Below, in pieces: positions 1-9,160 of a stretch of 26,698 nucleotides of DNA. The stretch is taken from positions 1 to 26,698 of IMG/VR virus record IMGVR_UViG_3300048598_000485; one strand, 5' to 3'. The notes below the pieces were generated by a model, which worked only from the letters and a program-made list of their open reading frames with translations, did not search any database and was not told the DNA's origin. Source of the stretch: a virus. Lineage: Duplodnaviria > Caudoviricetes. A program made the translations under genes and the position numbers. Within the stretch, counting starts at the first letter, position 1. The number at the start of each line of letters is the position of its first letter.

Positions 1-270
1 ATACTTATTGGGAACATCTGTATCCTGCCAATAGTTTAAGTTTTCTTGAGTTCTGAAAAAAGGCAGTGCATTTTGATTCCACTTTACAACCGCATTGTCA
101 TTTTCTGTATCATAGCTGCCGGGAAAAGAAAAAGATTTTGCTATCAAAATCTGCCGCAAATCCTCAAAGAGTAATGCGGAAATAACAGGCTTTGCACCAT
201 TGGCGATATCGGCTTTAAATTTCGTCCAATCAGCCCGGAGCCAGTAATTTTGTAAAAGCTCTCCACTCAT
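1..270 (-). CDS. Hypothetical tail-region protein, 5' part only (truncated by window edge)
   Basis: Not in ORF track. ATG at 270 overlaps the upstream stop (ATGA). Manual translation MSGELLQNYWLRADWTKFK...DVPNKY is open for 90 codons to base 1. Confidence 0.75.
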   Translation of the reverse strand, partial: MSGELLQNYWLRADWTKFKADIANGAKPVISALLFEDLRQILIAKSFSFPGSYDTENDNAVVKWNQNALPFFRTQENLNYWQDTDVPNKY

Positions 271-1316
271 TGGAAAACCGCCATCACCTTGCCATCAATT
301 ATTGACAGTGTACGCACTTCGGGCTGGCCAACTGGAAGCAGAGTTTCATCGAGATAATACCTTTTGGTTTGATCTGCTAATATGCGGCTTGTTATTCTTA
401 CCCTTGCCCCAACCGGAAATACTGGTACACAATCCTTTACCAGAATTTCGGAATTATCGTCTTGGCCCGAACCAAGGGCGTATTCGATCTTTATTTCTTC
501 AGAGATGTCCCAATCTGTCGCATTCGCGTGTGGCGCAATAGATGGAAATTGAATTTCCCCCGCTTTCTTAATGTAGACTCTGTTATTATCAGGATCAATT
601 ACCGCTGTACCTGTGGTATATGGTGGGTCATGGTTTTGCTGCCATTGCTGGTAATTACTCGAATCGAGCCTTACAATATAAAAACCATTTCCCACATATT
701 CAGGTAAAGTACTTGCGGCATAAGGAGCTTGAAATGTCGGAGCAACTATGATCTTAGCCCACAATTCCGCTGCAGTGCCGCCACCCCCAGAGCCGCCGAA
801 TCTCACAACCGCCAGTTTCGTTCCAGTTCCATCCTCTTTATATAAGATAACGGCTGCGCCTGTCGCAGCACTTTCAAGCTGTGTTACATCGCTGTCCTTA
901 ATATCAGCGTATAAATGGCCTTCATCTATTATATTAATCTGCACAGGAGTAAATCCAGCGACATATGCCCTGCCAATACAATCGATTCCGATGGGTTCTG
1001 CTGTAATAACAAATCTGCCATTGGCGTGATCTGTTTTAGATGGAGTTACACCCGTTAAAACAGTAGTCTGCTTAAAGCTTACGGTTGTTGGATCGATTTG
1101 GCTGCCGCCGATGCCAAGGATATTTAAACGATCAACCACTGCACCGGTGGTATTTTTTATATAAACCATATTTGCAGGCAGCTGCTTGCCAGACTCTGTG
1201 GTTAGATTATTTTTCCTATTGATGTGATCCTGGGCAGCATCGACCATGGCGTTATATGTGCGGGCGGGAATTTTTAATCTCTCGCCATCGCGGACTTTTC
1301 TGAAGGCATCGGCCAT
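267..1316 (-). CDS. Putative tail tip/baseplate protein
   Basis: 349 aa, second gene after tape measure. A GGSGGGG linker separates two parts, and the C-terminal part has a W..Y..G..V..Y..P..W pattern reminiscent of CBM5/12. Confidence 0.55.
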   Translation of the reverse strand: MADAFRKVRDGERLKIPARTYNAMVDAAQDHINRKNNLTTESGKQLPANMVYIKNTTGAVVDRLNILGIGGSQIDPTTVSFKQTTVLTGVTPSKTDHANGRFVITAEPIGIDCIGRAYVAGFTPVQINIIDEGHLYADIKDSDVTQLESAATGAAVILYKEDGTGTKLAVVRFGGSGGGGTAAELWAKIIVAPTFQAPYAASTLPEYVGNGFYIVRLDSSNYQQWQQNHDPPYTTGTAVIDPDNNRVYIKKAGEIQFPSIAPHANATDWDISEEIKIEYALGSGQDDNSEILVKDCVPVFPVGARVRITSRILADQTKRYYLDETLLPVGQPEVRTLSIIDGKVMAVFQ

Positions 1317-1317
1317 A

Positions 1318-2136
1318 TCAATCCCCCAGTCCTAATGCCGAAAAATCGCCCGATTCATAAACCTGATGGACATACACTGCACGCGGAATTTGAATCAGAC
1401 AATTCTGGTCAGTACTTTTTTCGTATCTGACCCACAAATATTCCCACCCTTTTTTGTTTATACCTGTTATGCTTCCGATAGTAATATTGGTTTTATTAGG
1501 GCTTGCTGCGAACTTGAAATTAAGTTCATAATCACCGGTTCTGCCATGTTTTGAACCACTAGCACCCATGAACAATACCTCGCCGGCCTCAAAACCATGC
1601 CATGGCTGTGAATTTACCTTACTTGTTAATCTAAATACTGATGTTTTAAACGCAGTGGTGATAAAATCACGACCAATTTGTTTTGTCTCATTAAAATTAA
1701 AAACTGGAACAATGATATCAATACCGTTTACGCTATTGTCATCAACATTAATTGCCCCTTTAAAATCTGGAGGATTGTCGCCATATGCTGTGACGGTCAA
1801 AGGTGAAATGGTCTGAGTAATTTTTTGACTGCCCCCACCTGTATCAAAATTATATTCTATCGTTCCGGTATTTTTGCTTGAATAGCCATAATTTACCGTA
1901 CCAACCCAAATCCTGTCTGCAATCTGTTCTACATCATATGAACTTCGGGGAATTTCAGCCGTTCCCCAGGTTTCGGGGGCAGTATCAATAAGTGCCTGTA
2001 TGACTTCACCATCATCGGCAGATAGCGTCGGGGCGGTTGTTTCCTGGATAATATATTCAACAGTTGCAGCGTTACTACTGCCGCCGCTGCGTTTTCTGCT
2101 AGACCATCTTTCAGAGACTGTATAAGTTCCGGCCAT
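1318..2136 (-). CDS. Putative distal tail/hub protein
   Basis: 272 aa beta-rich protein directly downstream of tape measure; assignment by position. Confidence 0.55.
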   Translation of the reverse strand: MAGTYTVSERWSSRKRSGGSSNAATVEYIIQETTAPTLSADDGEVIQALIDTAPETWGTAEIPRSSYDVEQIADRIWVGTVNYGYSSKNTGTIEYNFDTGGGSQKITQTISPLTVTAYGDNPPDFKGAINVDDNSVNGIDIIVPVFNFNETKQIGRDFITTAFKTSVFRLTSKVNSQPWHGFEAGEVLFMGASGSKHGRTGDYELNFKFAASPNKTNITIGSITGINKKGWEYLWVRYEKSTDQNCLIQIPRAVYVHQVYESGDFSALGLGD

Positions 2137-2139
2137 ACT

Positions 2140-4212
2140 TTAGTCCCCAAATTCGATATCGCCCTGATCTGAATTTTCGGCCATCTCTTCTGTTGCCTCT
2201 GCTGTACGCTGTGTAAAATCTGCGATTTTTTGCATAACACCGCCGGCACCTAATTGTGATAATCCAAATGCGCTGAATGTTCCCGCTGTCGATGCCTTGG
2301 TTAAACCTGTATTTGCCTCCCAATCTTTTTGTGGCAGAGGTACTTTCCCTTTAGGTTGTATGGGCTCCTTTGCTTTTGCAATTGCAGCATTGAATTCTTC
2401 TTTTGTTATAGCAAGCTCATCGGCAACTCCCTTTTTGCCTGCGTTAATGCCATCAATCGTATTTTGCAAACCTTCTTCTACATACTGGTTTGCTCCGGCC
2501 AAACCTGAATCAAATTGCTCTTTGGCGAGTTTTCGTTTTTCACTGCGAGCTTTGTCAATTTCGTCAAGTTCAGTTTGTGTTTCTTTTTCAAGCTCGACTC
2601 TTTTTGCAGCAGCATCCTTTTCGGCCTTATCTTTTGCAGCGTTTGCATTGTCGCTGCGTTCTTGCTTGTCACCGGCAAGCATATCATCAAGCTGTTTTTT
2701 CGCTGCGCCTTCATTGAAGTTTGGATCAGTGAGTTTCTTCCACCATATCCAGACATTCATCATTTTTCTGGCAATCCAATCGATTGTATTTCCCCAGAAT
2801 TGCTTGAATCCGGCCCATGCTTTTTTAAAGACTTCAACTGTCGTTATCCATGCACCTTCAAGAAATGCCCCAGATTTAACCCACGCTTTATTTAAAAAAG
2901 CAAGAGTTTCGATCCATGCAACCTGAATTCCGTAAACCGCTGCATCCCAACCTACTGCAATTGAATAAACGGCCGAATACCATATCTCCATTATTGCCAG
3001 TTTTATGCTGTACCATATTCCAAGCATCCATTCTTTCGCACGCAGCCACTCCATTTTTACAAACAGCCATGCAATTCGAGCGGCCAAACCAATATCACCT
3101 TTAGCAAATGCAGCCGCGATACCACTTATCGCGTTTGTCGCATCTTCTTTTAAGGTATTAAAACACCCTCCTAACCAGTTGAGCATCTTGCCACCAAGTC
3201 CTGTCATCCAAAGCAGTGCCCCCACGCATAAACCTATTTGAATTATCAAAGTTCCAAGGGGAGAGAGCATTGCAGCTAAAACGGTTCGCAGAATTCCGAA
3301 ACCTCCCCGAATAACCCCAAGCATCTTACTGCACACAATAAGAGTTTTGCCAAAAAACATAAAAGCTGCACCACCTGCCACAAGAACAGTACCAAGCCAA
3401 AGGATCATCGTGACAACACCCCTGTGTTCTTTGATCCAGCGAGTTGCAATCCCTATTACTTCAATCATTTTATTGGACCATTCCTTTAATAGAGGAATGA
3501 CAGCACTGCCGATTGCATTAACAAGGCCATTTTTGATGATATACCAAAGTTTCTTGAGTGTTTCGTGGAATTCTTCAGCGGCTTGAACATCTTCATCGCT
3601 CATAATAGCGCCAAGTCTCTGCAGTTCAGCCTTATATTCCCCAATTGCCCCGGCACCTTTATTTAATAGAGGTATGAGATTTGCACCTGCCTTGCCAAAA
3701 ATCTTTAATGCAATAGTGATTCTCTCGGTCGGGTTTTTGATCGATGCGATTCTATCTGCGATGAGCATAAACATTTCATCCGGCGATTTATCACGCAAAT
3801 CACTTGCTGCAAGCCCTAGTTTTCCAAAGGCTTCTACCTGTGCCTTCGTTCCTTTTTGAAATGCGGCTAAATTCTTGTGCATAAACACGAGTGCTTTGCC
3901 AAGAGATTGCATACTTATATCATTCTGGTTTGCAGCAAAACTAAGTCCCTGCAGTGAAGTTACACTTATTCCAACTATCTGGGACATCCGTGCAATATCA
4001 TCAGCAAAACTGCCGGCGTATTTGGCGGCTGCAATCAAGGGAGTAACAATGGCAGTACCAAGGCCCATCATTTTTCTGCCAAAAGATGAGATAGTATTGC
4101 CCCATTTTTTAAGATCTGCCTGAGCCGCTCGCAAACCACGCATTAAAGGACTTCTATCTGCGAAGATTTCAACATATGCCGCCCCAGCTTTTATTGCACC
4201 AGAATTTGCCAT
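2140..4212 (-). CDS. Phage tail tape measure protein
   Basis: 690 aa, Ala/Gly/Lys-rich helical; typical N-terminus (AGAAYVEI), IFGKAGANLIPLL segment, central hydrophobic helices, Trp-spaced repeats; follows the chaperone genes. Confidence 0.9.
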   Translation of the reverse strand: MANSGAIKAGAAYVEIFADRSPLMRGLRAAQADLKKWGNTISSFGRKMMGLGTAIVTPLIAAAKYAGSFADDIARMSQIVGISVTSLQGLSFAANQNDISMQSLGKALVFMHKNLAAFQKGTKAQVEAFGKLGLAASDLRDKSPDEMFMLIADRIASIKNPTERITIALKIFGKAGANLIPLLNKGAGAIGEYKAELQRLGAIMSDEDVQAAEEFHETLKKLWYIIKNGLVNAIGSAVIPLLKEWSNKMIEVIGIATRWIKEHRGVVTMILWLGTVLVAGGAAFMFFGKTLIVCSKMLGVIRGGFGILRTVLAAMLSPLGTLIIQIGLCVGALLWMTGLGGKMLNWLGGCFNTLKEDATNAISGIAAAFAKGDIGLAARIAWLFVKMEWLRAKEWMLGIWYSIKLAIMEIWYSAVYSIAVGWDAAVYGIQVAWIETLAFLNKAWVKSGAFLEGAWITTVEVFKKAWAGFKQFWGNTIDWIARKMMNVWIWWKKLTDPNFNEGAAKKQLDDMLAGDKQERSDNANAAKDKAEKDAAAKRVELEKETQTELDEIDKARSEKRKLAKEQFDSGLAGANQYVEEGLQNTIDGINAGKKGVADELAITKEEFNAAIAKAKEPIQPKGKVPLPQKDWEANTGLTKASTAGTFSAFGLSQLGAGGVMQKIADFTQRTAEATEEMAENSDQGDIEFGD

Positions 4213-4218
4213 TGAAAA

Positions 4219-4536
4219 TTACTTCCCTGTAAAAGCTTTCTTAAATAATGCTTTTGACTTGTCGTCTTTGACTTCAATTACGTTCGTTCGATTTTTAGTT
4301 TCTTTTTGCGTGTATGGATTGAAATCAGCAGGTATTGCAGCCTTGCCCTTTTTCGGATCTCGATTAATATTGCAAAGTAGTGCCATCAGCGCCGAAACGC
4401 GATTCCATTCCATCCTATCCCGCAGTTCAATTGCTTCAGACATCCAGCACAGTTCTCGCAAGGTAAGAGGCGCAGGATCAACCCCGATGTATCCGGCTAG
4501 GGTGTAAACTGTCCGCCAAATATTTCCGTCATCTTT
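4219..4536 (-). CDS. Tail assembly chaperone gpT-like frame (probably expressed as a gpGT fusion by -1 frameshift)
   Basis: The frame is open upstream of the track start (IWRTVYTLAGYIGVDPAPLTLRELCWM...) and overlaps the gpG-like gene in the -1 frame. Confidence 0.7.
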   Translation of the reverse strand, partial: KDDGNIWRTVYTLAGYIGVDPAPLTLRELCWMSEAIELRDRMEWNRVSALMALLCNINRDPKKGKAAIPADFNPYTQKETKNRTNVIEVKDDKSKALFKKAFTGK

Positions 4537-4943
4537 TTCTCTACATCGATTTGATTTAGATTGCCCGTCACCTTCTCGATTGCCAGATTTATCATCTTCT
4601 GCTGAGTCGCTGCCGCTTTGGCCCTGTCGGTTCGACCCCGCTTCTGGAAAAAATCGATCAGTTCATCATAGAATGCATTTTGAGCAGCAAGTATTACATC
4701 CCCGCCAAGAGACTGACCAAACTGGGAATCAGAAATATTTAATGAATCAGCCTGCGGTTTTATCAGGCAATAAATAATATCACATAGAAGTATTTCATCT
4801 GTTCCGATTCGCGTTAGAAGTGGCGGCTCGCCTGCTTCAGGTTCGAGAAGATTTACATTTAATAAATCTCGAACCCTTTTTACGCTGTCAATCGTAAGTG
4901 AAATCGTCCAAACCCGCGTCGCATTATCTGTAAATGTCTTCAT
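4497..4943 (-). CDS. Tail assembly chaperone gpG-like
   Basis: 148 aa between tail tube and tape measure, with a slippery site near its 3' end. Confidence 0.75.
   Translation of the reverse strand: MKTFTDNATRVWTISLTIDSVKRVRDLLNVNLLEPEAGEPPLLTRIGTDEILLCDIIYCLIKPQADSLNISDSQFGQSLGGDVILAAQNAFYDELIDFFQKRGRTDRAKAAATQQKMINLAIEKVTGNLNQIDVEKKMTEIFGGQFTP
4533..4539 (-). other. Putative -1 ribosomal frameshift site G_AAA_AAG
   Basis: In-frame Lys-Lys codons AAA AAG preceded by G; the -1 frame is open to 4219. Confidence 0.6.
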
Positions 4944-4947
4944 ATTC

Positions 4948-5391
4948 TTATGCTCCTACCACATCAATCCATGCGATGAATTTGCTCATCTTTGCTGTTA
5001 CATCGACGCTGATCGCTTCTTCAAGACCTTCTGCCCTGTCGAACTTCGTTATTGCAAAATTACCGTGTGGTCCGCTGGCCCCTGCCGCTTCCTTTGCATC
5101 AGTCAAACATGCCAGGCATATCGTTGTCGATGTCAAAAATGCTGTCTTGATTGCTGCAAATACAGCATCCGATGGTTTCCACTGCATTTTAAAATTAAGC
5201 TCACATTCGCGAAGTGTAGGTGCAGTTGCCCTCCAGCCTGAATTTTCCCTGGTCGTGACATCTGCTTCGCCCGCGGAAAGTGATACAGTCAAATCCTTGA
5301 CATTGCCAACTTCTGTAAGGGTTGCCAGTTCTGCATCCTTTGCTCCCTGGTAAAGTTTTGCATTCATTCCTAATATAAAATCTACTGCCAT
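4948..5391 (-). CDS. Phage major tail tube protein
   Basis: 147 aa; ADVTTRENSGWR motif, GNFAITKF..EGLEEAISVDVT C-terminus; SD GGAGG; canonical position. Confidence 0.8.
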   Translation of the reverse strand: MAVDFILGMNAKLYQGAKDAELATLTEVGNVKDLTVSLSAGEADVTTRENSGWRATAPTLRECELNFKMQWKPSDAVFAAIKTAFLTSTTICLACLTDAKEAAGASGPHGNFAITKFDRAEGLEEAISVDVTAKMSKFIAWIDVVGA

Positions 5392-5406
5392 TTGAACCTC
5401 CTGAAG

Positions 5407-5859
5407 TTATTTATAAACACTATTTTTCCAAACCGCTGCCATTCTGGATTTGTTTACAGCTAATGCCGGCGTCATATACGGCCGTGCAGCGATATGAATA
5501 TTTTTATTTCTTATTTTTGTACTGCCGCTGTATTCAAGTGTATGCGGCACGTTTTTCCCTTTAGCTCTCAAAGCCACAGGTCCAACAACAACTGATCTTG
5601 CCTGTGGATCGAACGAGTAATAAATATAGTTTCGAAGAAGCCCTGTATGACTTAGTGGCGGCTTGCCGGGTTTACTAACCGCAGTATGCGACGGTGCTTT
5701 CTTAATGGATCTTCGAGCAGTAAGCCTGATCATACCCCCGATGCGGTTTAAAACTTTTCGCGTGGCCGAATCCACCGCTTTAATGACAGCCGGACTATCA
5801 AAGAACAAAGTTTTTACTTTGAATAGCGATTTACCAAACTCTGATACTGCTTTTGCCAT
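5407..5859 (-). CDS. Tail completion/neck protein (HK97 gp10/gpS-like)
   Basis: 150 aa basic protein with TGLLRNYI, LEYSG and ARPYMTPAL motifs, upstream of tail tube. Confidence 0.7.
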   Translation of the reverse strand: MAKAVSEFGKSLFKVKTLFFDSPAVIKAVDSATRKVLNRIGGMIRLTARRSIKKAPSHTAVSKPGKPPLSHTGLLRNYIYYSFDPQARSVVVGPVALRAKGKNVPHTLEYSGSTKIRNKNIHIAARPYMTPALAVNKSRMAAVWKNSVYK

Positions 5860-6353
5860 TAGCTAAAATACCCAAAAAACACATCCGCCCTTGTCACATT
5901 ATTAAGAGTGATTATTTCCGCAGCGATCCATGCAATATCAAGTCCATCAAAACTGATAGTACACAACAGATTATTGCCGCTATTTACAGCTTTGATATCT
6001 GTAGGCCAGTATGAAGTGACTGCGGCTGAATCAGCGTACCTCGTGAGGCTAGTTGGCTTGCCGGTTTGCGGATCTTTGTTGCAAACCATGGTGCCAAGCG
6101 TAAAAGTTATATCCGCGATAAGCTGCGCCGGGCCAGATTGAGGATTGCGTCCGCCCCAGAGACGAACTCCGACGGTGCCATTTTCACTACCTGTTGCTGC
6201 AAGGATTAATTCCAAACCTCTTATAGGTGCGATATTAATATTTTTCGCATAGCCAGGCTCAGAATCAAAAGTATTTGCAGAAAGAGCCGGATTATCTACC
6301 GCTTCAACCGATCGCAATAATTGCCAACCTGAATTATTTCTTGAATTATGCAT
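5859..6353 (-). CDS. Hypothetical phage protein (beta-rich)
   Basis: 164 aa ORF whose stop overlaps the next start (TAATG). Confidence 0.65.
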   Translation of the reverse strand: MHNSRNNSGWQLLRSVEAVDNPALSANTFDSEPGYAKNINIAPIRGLELILAATGSENGTVGVRLWGGRNPQSGPAQLIADITFTLGTMVCNKDPQTGKPTSLTRYADSAAVTSYWPTDIKAVNSGNNLLCTISFDGLDIAWIAAEIITLNNVTRADVFFGYFS

Positions 6354-6369
6354 TTATATATTCATCCAT

Positions 6370-6403
6370 AATTTTTCACTTTTTACTTTTAAACTTTTCA
6401 CTT
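6370..6403. repeat. Degenerate heptamer tandem repeat (TTTTCAC/TTTTTAC)
   Basis: atttttcactttttacttttaaacttttcactt in the intergenic space. Confidence 0.5.
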
Positions 6404-7657
6404 CTAAACAAACCTATTTAACCTTCTAAATGGGCTAGCCGGCGCAACCGAGCCAACAATATTTCCATGCTGAATACCTTTCCTTACAGATTCAGCAGCT
6501 AACTGAAGTGGAAATCTTCTAGGCTGGTTACCTGTGCCGTTGTCACTTGCATGGAACGTTTGGAAATAATTTGCCGATGTATTATCAACCAGGACTGAGC
6601 CGTTATATGCATTGCAAAATAGTGTATCTATAATATTGCCCTTTATTACAGCTGCACCTACACGCATCCAGTTACTGGCATTAAAACCGTAAGAGCCTTC
6701 TGTAAGTCCGCCGATAAGAGCCTCTGTAATTATGATATGATTTGCAGGAGCATTATATGAACATATGCCGCATCCATAACCAGTACCGCCCTGTACAATC
6801 CTTGCAGTTAAATATGCATCGGCATTCATAATATGTATTCCGTTGTTGCTGTTATCGCCGCCAATGACTTGATCTGCTATGATGTAAACTTCAGATGCCT
6901 CACAATATAATCCGCTTGCAGAACCCGAACCTTGACAGATACCGTTTATAGATACATGATTTTCACCGCCATAAATAAAGATACCGTATCCACCCAGTTC
7001 TGTGCCGCCATATACATTGCCATTGATAATTAAATTTATTGAATAACCTGAAAGAGTAAGAGCCGAACCCATTGAACCCGTGAGATTGCCGGTGATAACT
7101 ATTGTTGCACCATCAGCTTCACAAAATACACCTTCACATACATCAGTACTTGAGCCTATGACATCACCAGTAATATCTACGTAAGGCGCACCGCCATACA
7201 TCATTTGAATGCCAAAACAGCCATCACCAATTACATTACCATTTACAGTAACATGTGCACTCGATTGAAACACTAATCCAGCGTTACTGATGCCTCGTAT
7301 TGTGCCCTCTATTTCCAGAGGAGTAGTTGCATCTGCCGGATCTTGAATTAGTATGCAGGTATCTTCACTGGCAATTACATCTCCGTTTATTTTTACAGCG
7401 CCTGTTGAATTACCGGCTATGTCCCTGCCTTTGAATACAAAATTTCCACCAATACTGCCACCTATTTGAGTTACTGTCGTCAACTCTTTGCAAGTAAAAC
7501 TGGTATTGATCCTTATATTGATTTTACCATTGGCAAAAAGAATAGTCGTTTCATCACACGTTGCAAAATCAACAGGAGTATTATTCGTCGGATGCGTATG
7601 CCATAAGCCGGCAGCATTTATATTTGTATTACTACTATGTGCATACCAGATGGGCAT
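6404..7657 (-). CDS. Gly/Ile/Asn-rich repeat protein, probable beta-helix (fibre/appendage-like)
   Basis: 417 aa with about 10 recurring VxIxGxVxG units (VKINGDVIA, VTVNGNVIG, VDITGDVIG, IVITGNLTG, LIINGNVYG...). Confidence 0.65.
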   Translation of the reverse strand: MPIWYAHSSNTNINAAGLWHTHPTNNTPVDFATCDETTILFANGKINIRINTSFTCKELTTVTQIGGSIGGNFVFKGRDIAGNSTGAVKINGDVIASEDTCILIQDPADATTPLEIEGTIRGISNAGLVFQSSAHVTVNGNVIGDGCFGIQMMYGGAPYVDITGDVIGSSTDVCEGVFCEADGATIVITGNLTGSMGSALTLSGYSINLIINGNVYGGTELGGYGIFIYGGENHVSINGICQGSGSASGLYCEASEVYIIADQVIGGDNSNNGIHIMNADAYLTARIVQGGTGYGCGICSYNAPANHIIITEALIGGLTEGSYGFNASNWMRVGAAVIKGNIIDTLFCNAYNGSVLVDNTSANYFQTFHASDNGTGNQPRRFPLQLAAESVRKGIQHGNIVGSVAPASPFRRLNRFV

Positions 7658-7659
7658 AG

Positions 7660-7983
7660 TTAGATTACCTTGCGAATAGAATTAATATTGCCAATCATCG
7701 TCACAAATTGATTGAACAGCAGCCCGATTTCCTGAGAGTACTGGACGATATCAGGTTCCAGGGCAAAGATATTCGGGATATATACACTTTTAGTCTGCGA
7801 ATCTGCAGCTGACCAGTTGCCCTGCTCATCAACTTTAGCCCCACGCAGTGTAATTTGGGCAGATGTAGCAATCTGACCACCTGAAATATTTGTATGCAGA
7901 ACAATACTGGGTGCATAAAGTGCATTTGGGACAACTGGCTCTTTGGTTAGAGGAAGTGGCATAATGAAAAACTCCTTATTCAA
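7660..7983 (-). CDS. Hypothetical phage protein
   Basis: About 100-107 aa in the operon; SD AAGGAG precedes the internal ATG (MPLPLTK). Confidence 0.65.
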   Translation of the reverse strand: MNKEFFIMPLPLTKEPVVPNALYAPSIVLHTNISGGQIATSAQITLRGAKVDEQGNWSAADSQTKSVYIPNIFALEPDIVQYSQEIGLLFNQFVTMIGNINSIRKVI

Positions 7984-8398
7984 TTACTTTAAAATTTAAT
8001 GTTACAACAGAAGTAAAAACACTTGGCGGCTGGATATGTTCAACTGAGTACAACGGATCTATAGTCTGCTTAAAACACACAGTGCCAAGATTATGAAAAA
8101 CTTTGCCGCGAAAACTCTTAGCAATATCTGTAGCTAAATCCATCAAAGAATTAACTTCTCTATCATCTGGCGATTTTATTGCTTTTTGAATTGCGATATC
8201 TACCTGGTAATCATATTCATTCGAACTGCGATTTGCAGATTCAATATTTATGCTTTTAGGAACAACTGTAACATGCAAAGTTGCCAAATCTTTTAATTCA
8301 TAAAAAGGAAACAAAGTCCTTATGGCAGTAAAGCTCAAATTATAATTTTCGGAGTTAAGAGACAATGCTACCTGGTCGGCAAGATCGATTACGTTCAT
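7976..8398 (-). CDS. Putative tail terminator/neck protein
   Basis: 140 aa alpha/beta pattern (YQVDIAIQK...VFTSVVTLNF); position between head closure and tail genes. Confidence 0.55.
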   Translation of the reverse strand: MNVIDLADQVALSLNSENYNLSFTAIRTLFPFYELKDLATLHVTVVPKSINIESANRSSNEYDYQVDIAIQKAIKSPDDREVNSLMDLATDIAKSFRGKVFHNLGTVCFKQTIDPLYSVEHIQPPSVFTSVVTLNFKVIE

Positions 8399-8736
8399 TT
8401 GTCATCCTCCTGTCTTTGCAGAGCAGCTATTCCATTTGGATTATCAACCTTAAACGCATTCGCATCTAACAAACACGGCCGCTCCCGGCATACTGCACAA
8501 AATGTTTGAATCGCATTAATCAGCCGTTCCTCTTGCGCAGTTTTGTCTTTGATCATCTTTTCAAGCGAAGCAACCAGACAGTAATTGCTATACATAAGAT
8601 ATGCCACAAGTGCAAAGCATAGACCCAGCTCGCCATATTTCATAAATGCGTCGGCTACAGTGACAACTTCACCTGATGTTGTTGCAAGCATGAAAAAAGG
8701 TACACCGGATAAAAATATCTTAGTTGTCAGTGACAT
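8395..8736 (-). CDS. Small membrane protein, holin-like candidate
   Basis: 113 aa with 1-2 hydrophobic segments (GELGLCFALVAYLMYS) followed by a coiled-coil/charged C-terminus. Confidence 0.45.
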   Translation of the reverse strand: MSLTTKIFLSGVPFFMLATTSGEVVTVADAFMKYGELGLCFALVAYLMYSNYCLVASLEKMIKDKTAQEERLINAIQTFCAVCRERPCLLDANAFKVDNPNGIAALQRQEDDK

Positions 8737-8739
8737 AAT

Positions 8740-9093
8740 CTAAATTTCCTTTGTATGGAGGCGAATCATTTTTCCAAATGGATCACTGTACCGCCAGCAT
8801 CCATCATTAATAAATAAAGCTTCATATGTTCTGCCATCAACTTCAACGCGATCACCTGCTTTTGGAACCGTCAATAATCCATCAATAATCAAATCCGCTG
8901 CATCAAACAGAAAGTCCGTAACCTGTCCACCAATCTGAAAGCCCGATTCATCTTCTATTTTGTAATCTGTTTTGCCAAAACTGGCGCAGATATTGACACT
9001 ATCTGCGCCGCGTTTGTAAATTACTTCCTGCGAAGCATGTGCTTTTAGCTTGTTAGCCAAGAACTCTATTCCATTTTTGAGAATGTTTGTCAT
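8740..9093 (-). CDS. Head closure/head-tail adaptor (gpFII-like)
   Basis: About 117 aa (start reassigned to MTNIL); PKAGDRVEVDGRTYE motif; follows DUF2190. Confidence 0.65.
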   Translation of the reverse strand: MTNILKNGIEFLANKLKAHASQEVIYKRGADSVNICASFGKTDYKIEDESGFQIGGQVTDFLFDAADLIIDGLLTVPKAGDRVEVDGRTYEALFINDGCWRYSDPFGKMIRLHTKEI

Positions 9094-9160
9094 TGAAATA
9101 GCTTTGGCCATTAGGCCAATCCGCAATTTTGATTTTTAAACTTTGATTTTTTATATTAGG

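Noticed and set aside
2297-2926. 209-aa plus-strand ORF and similar short ORFs opposite structural genes
   Set aside because: Antisense shadows of well-supported genes with no recognisable motifs.
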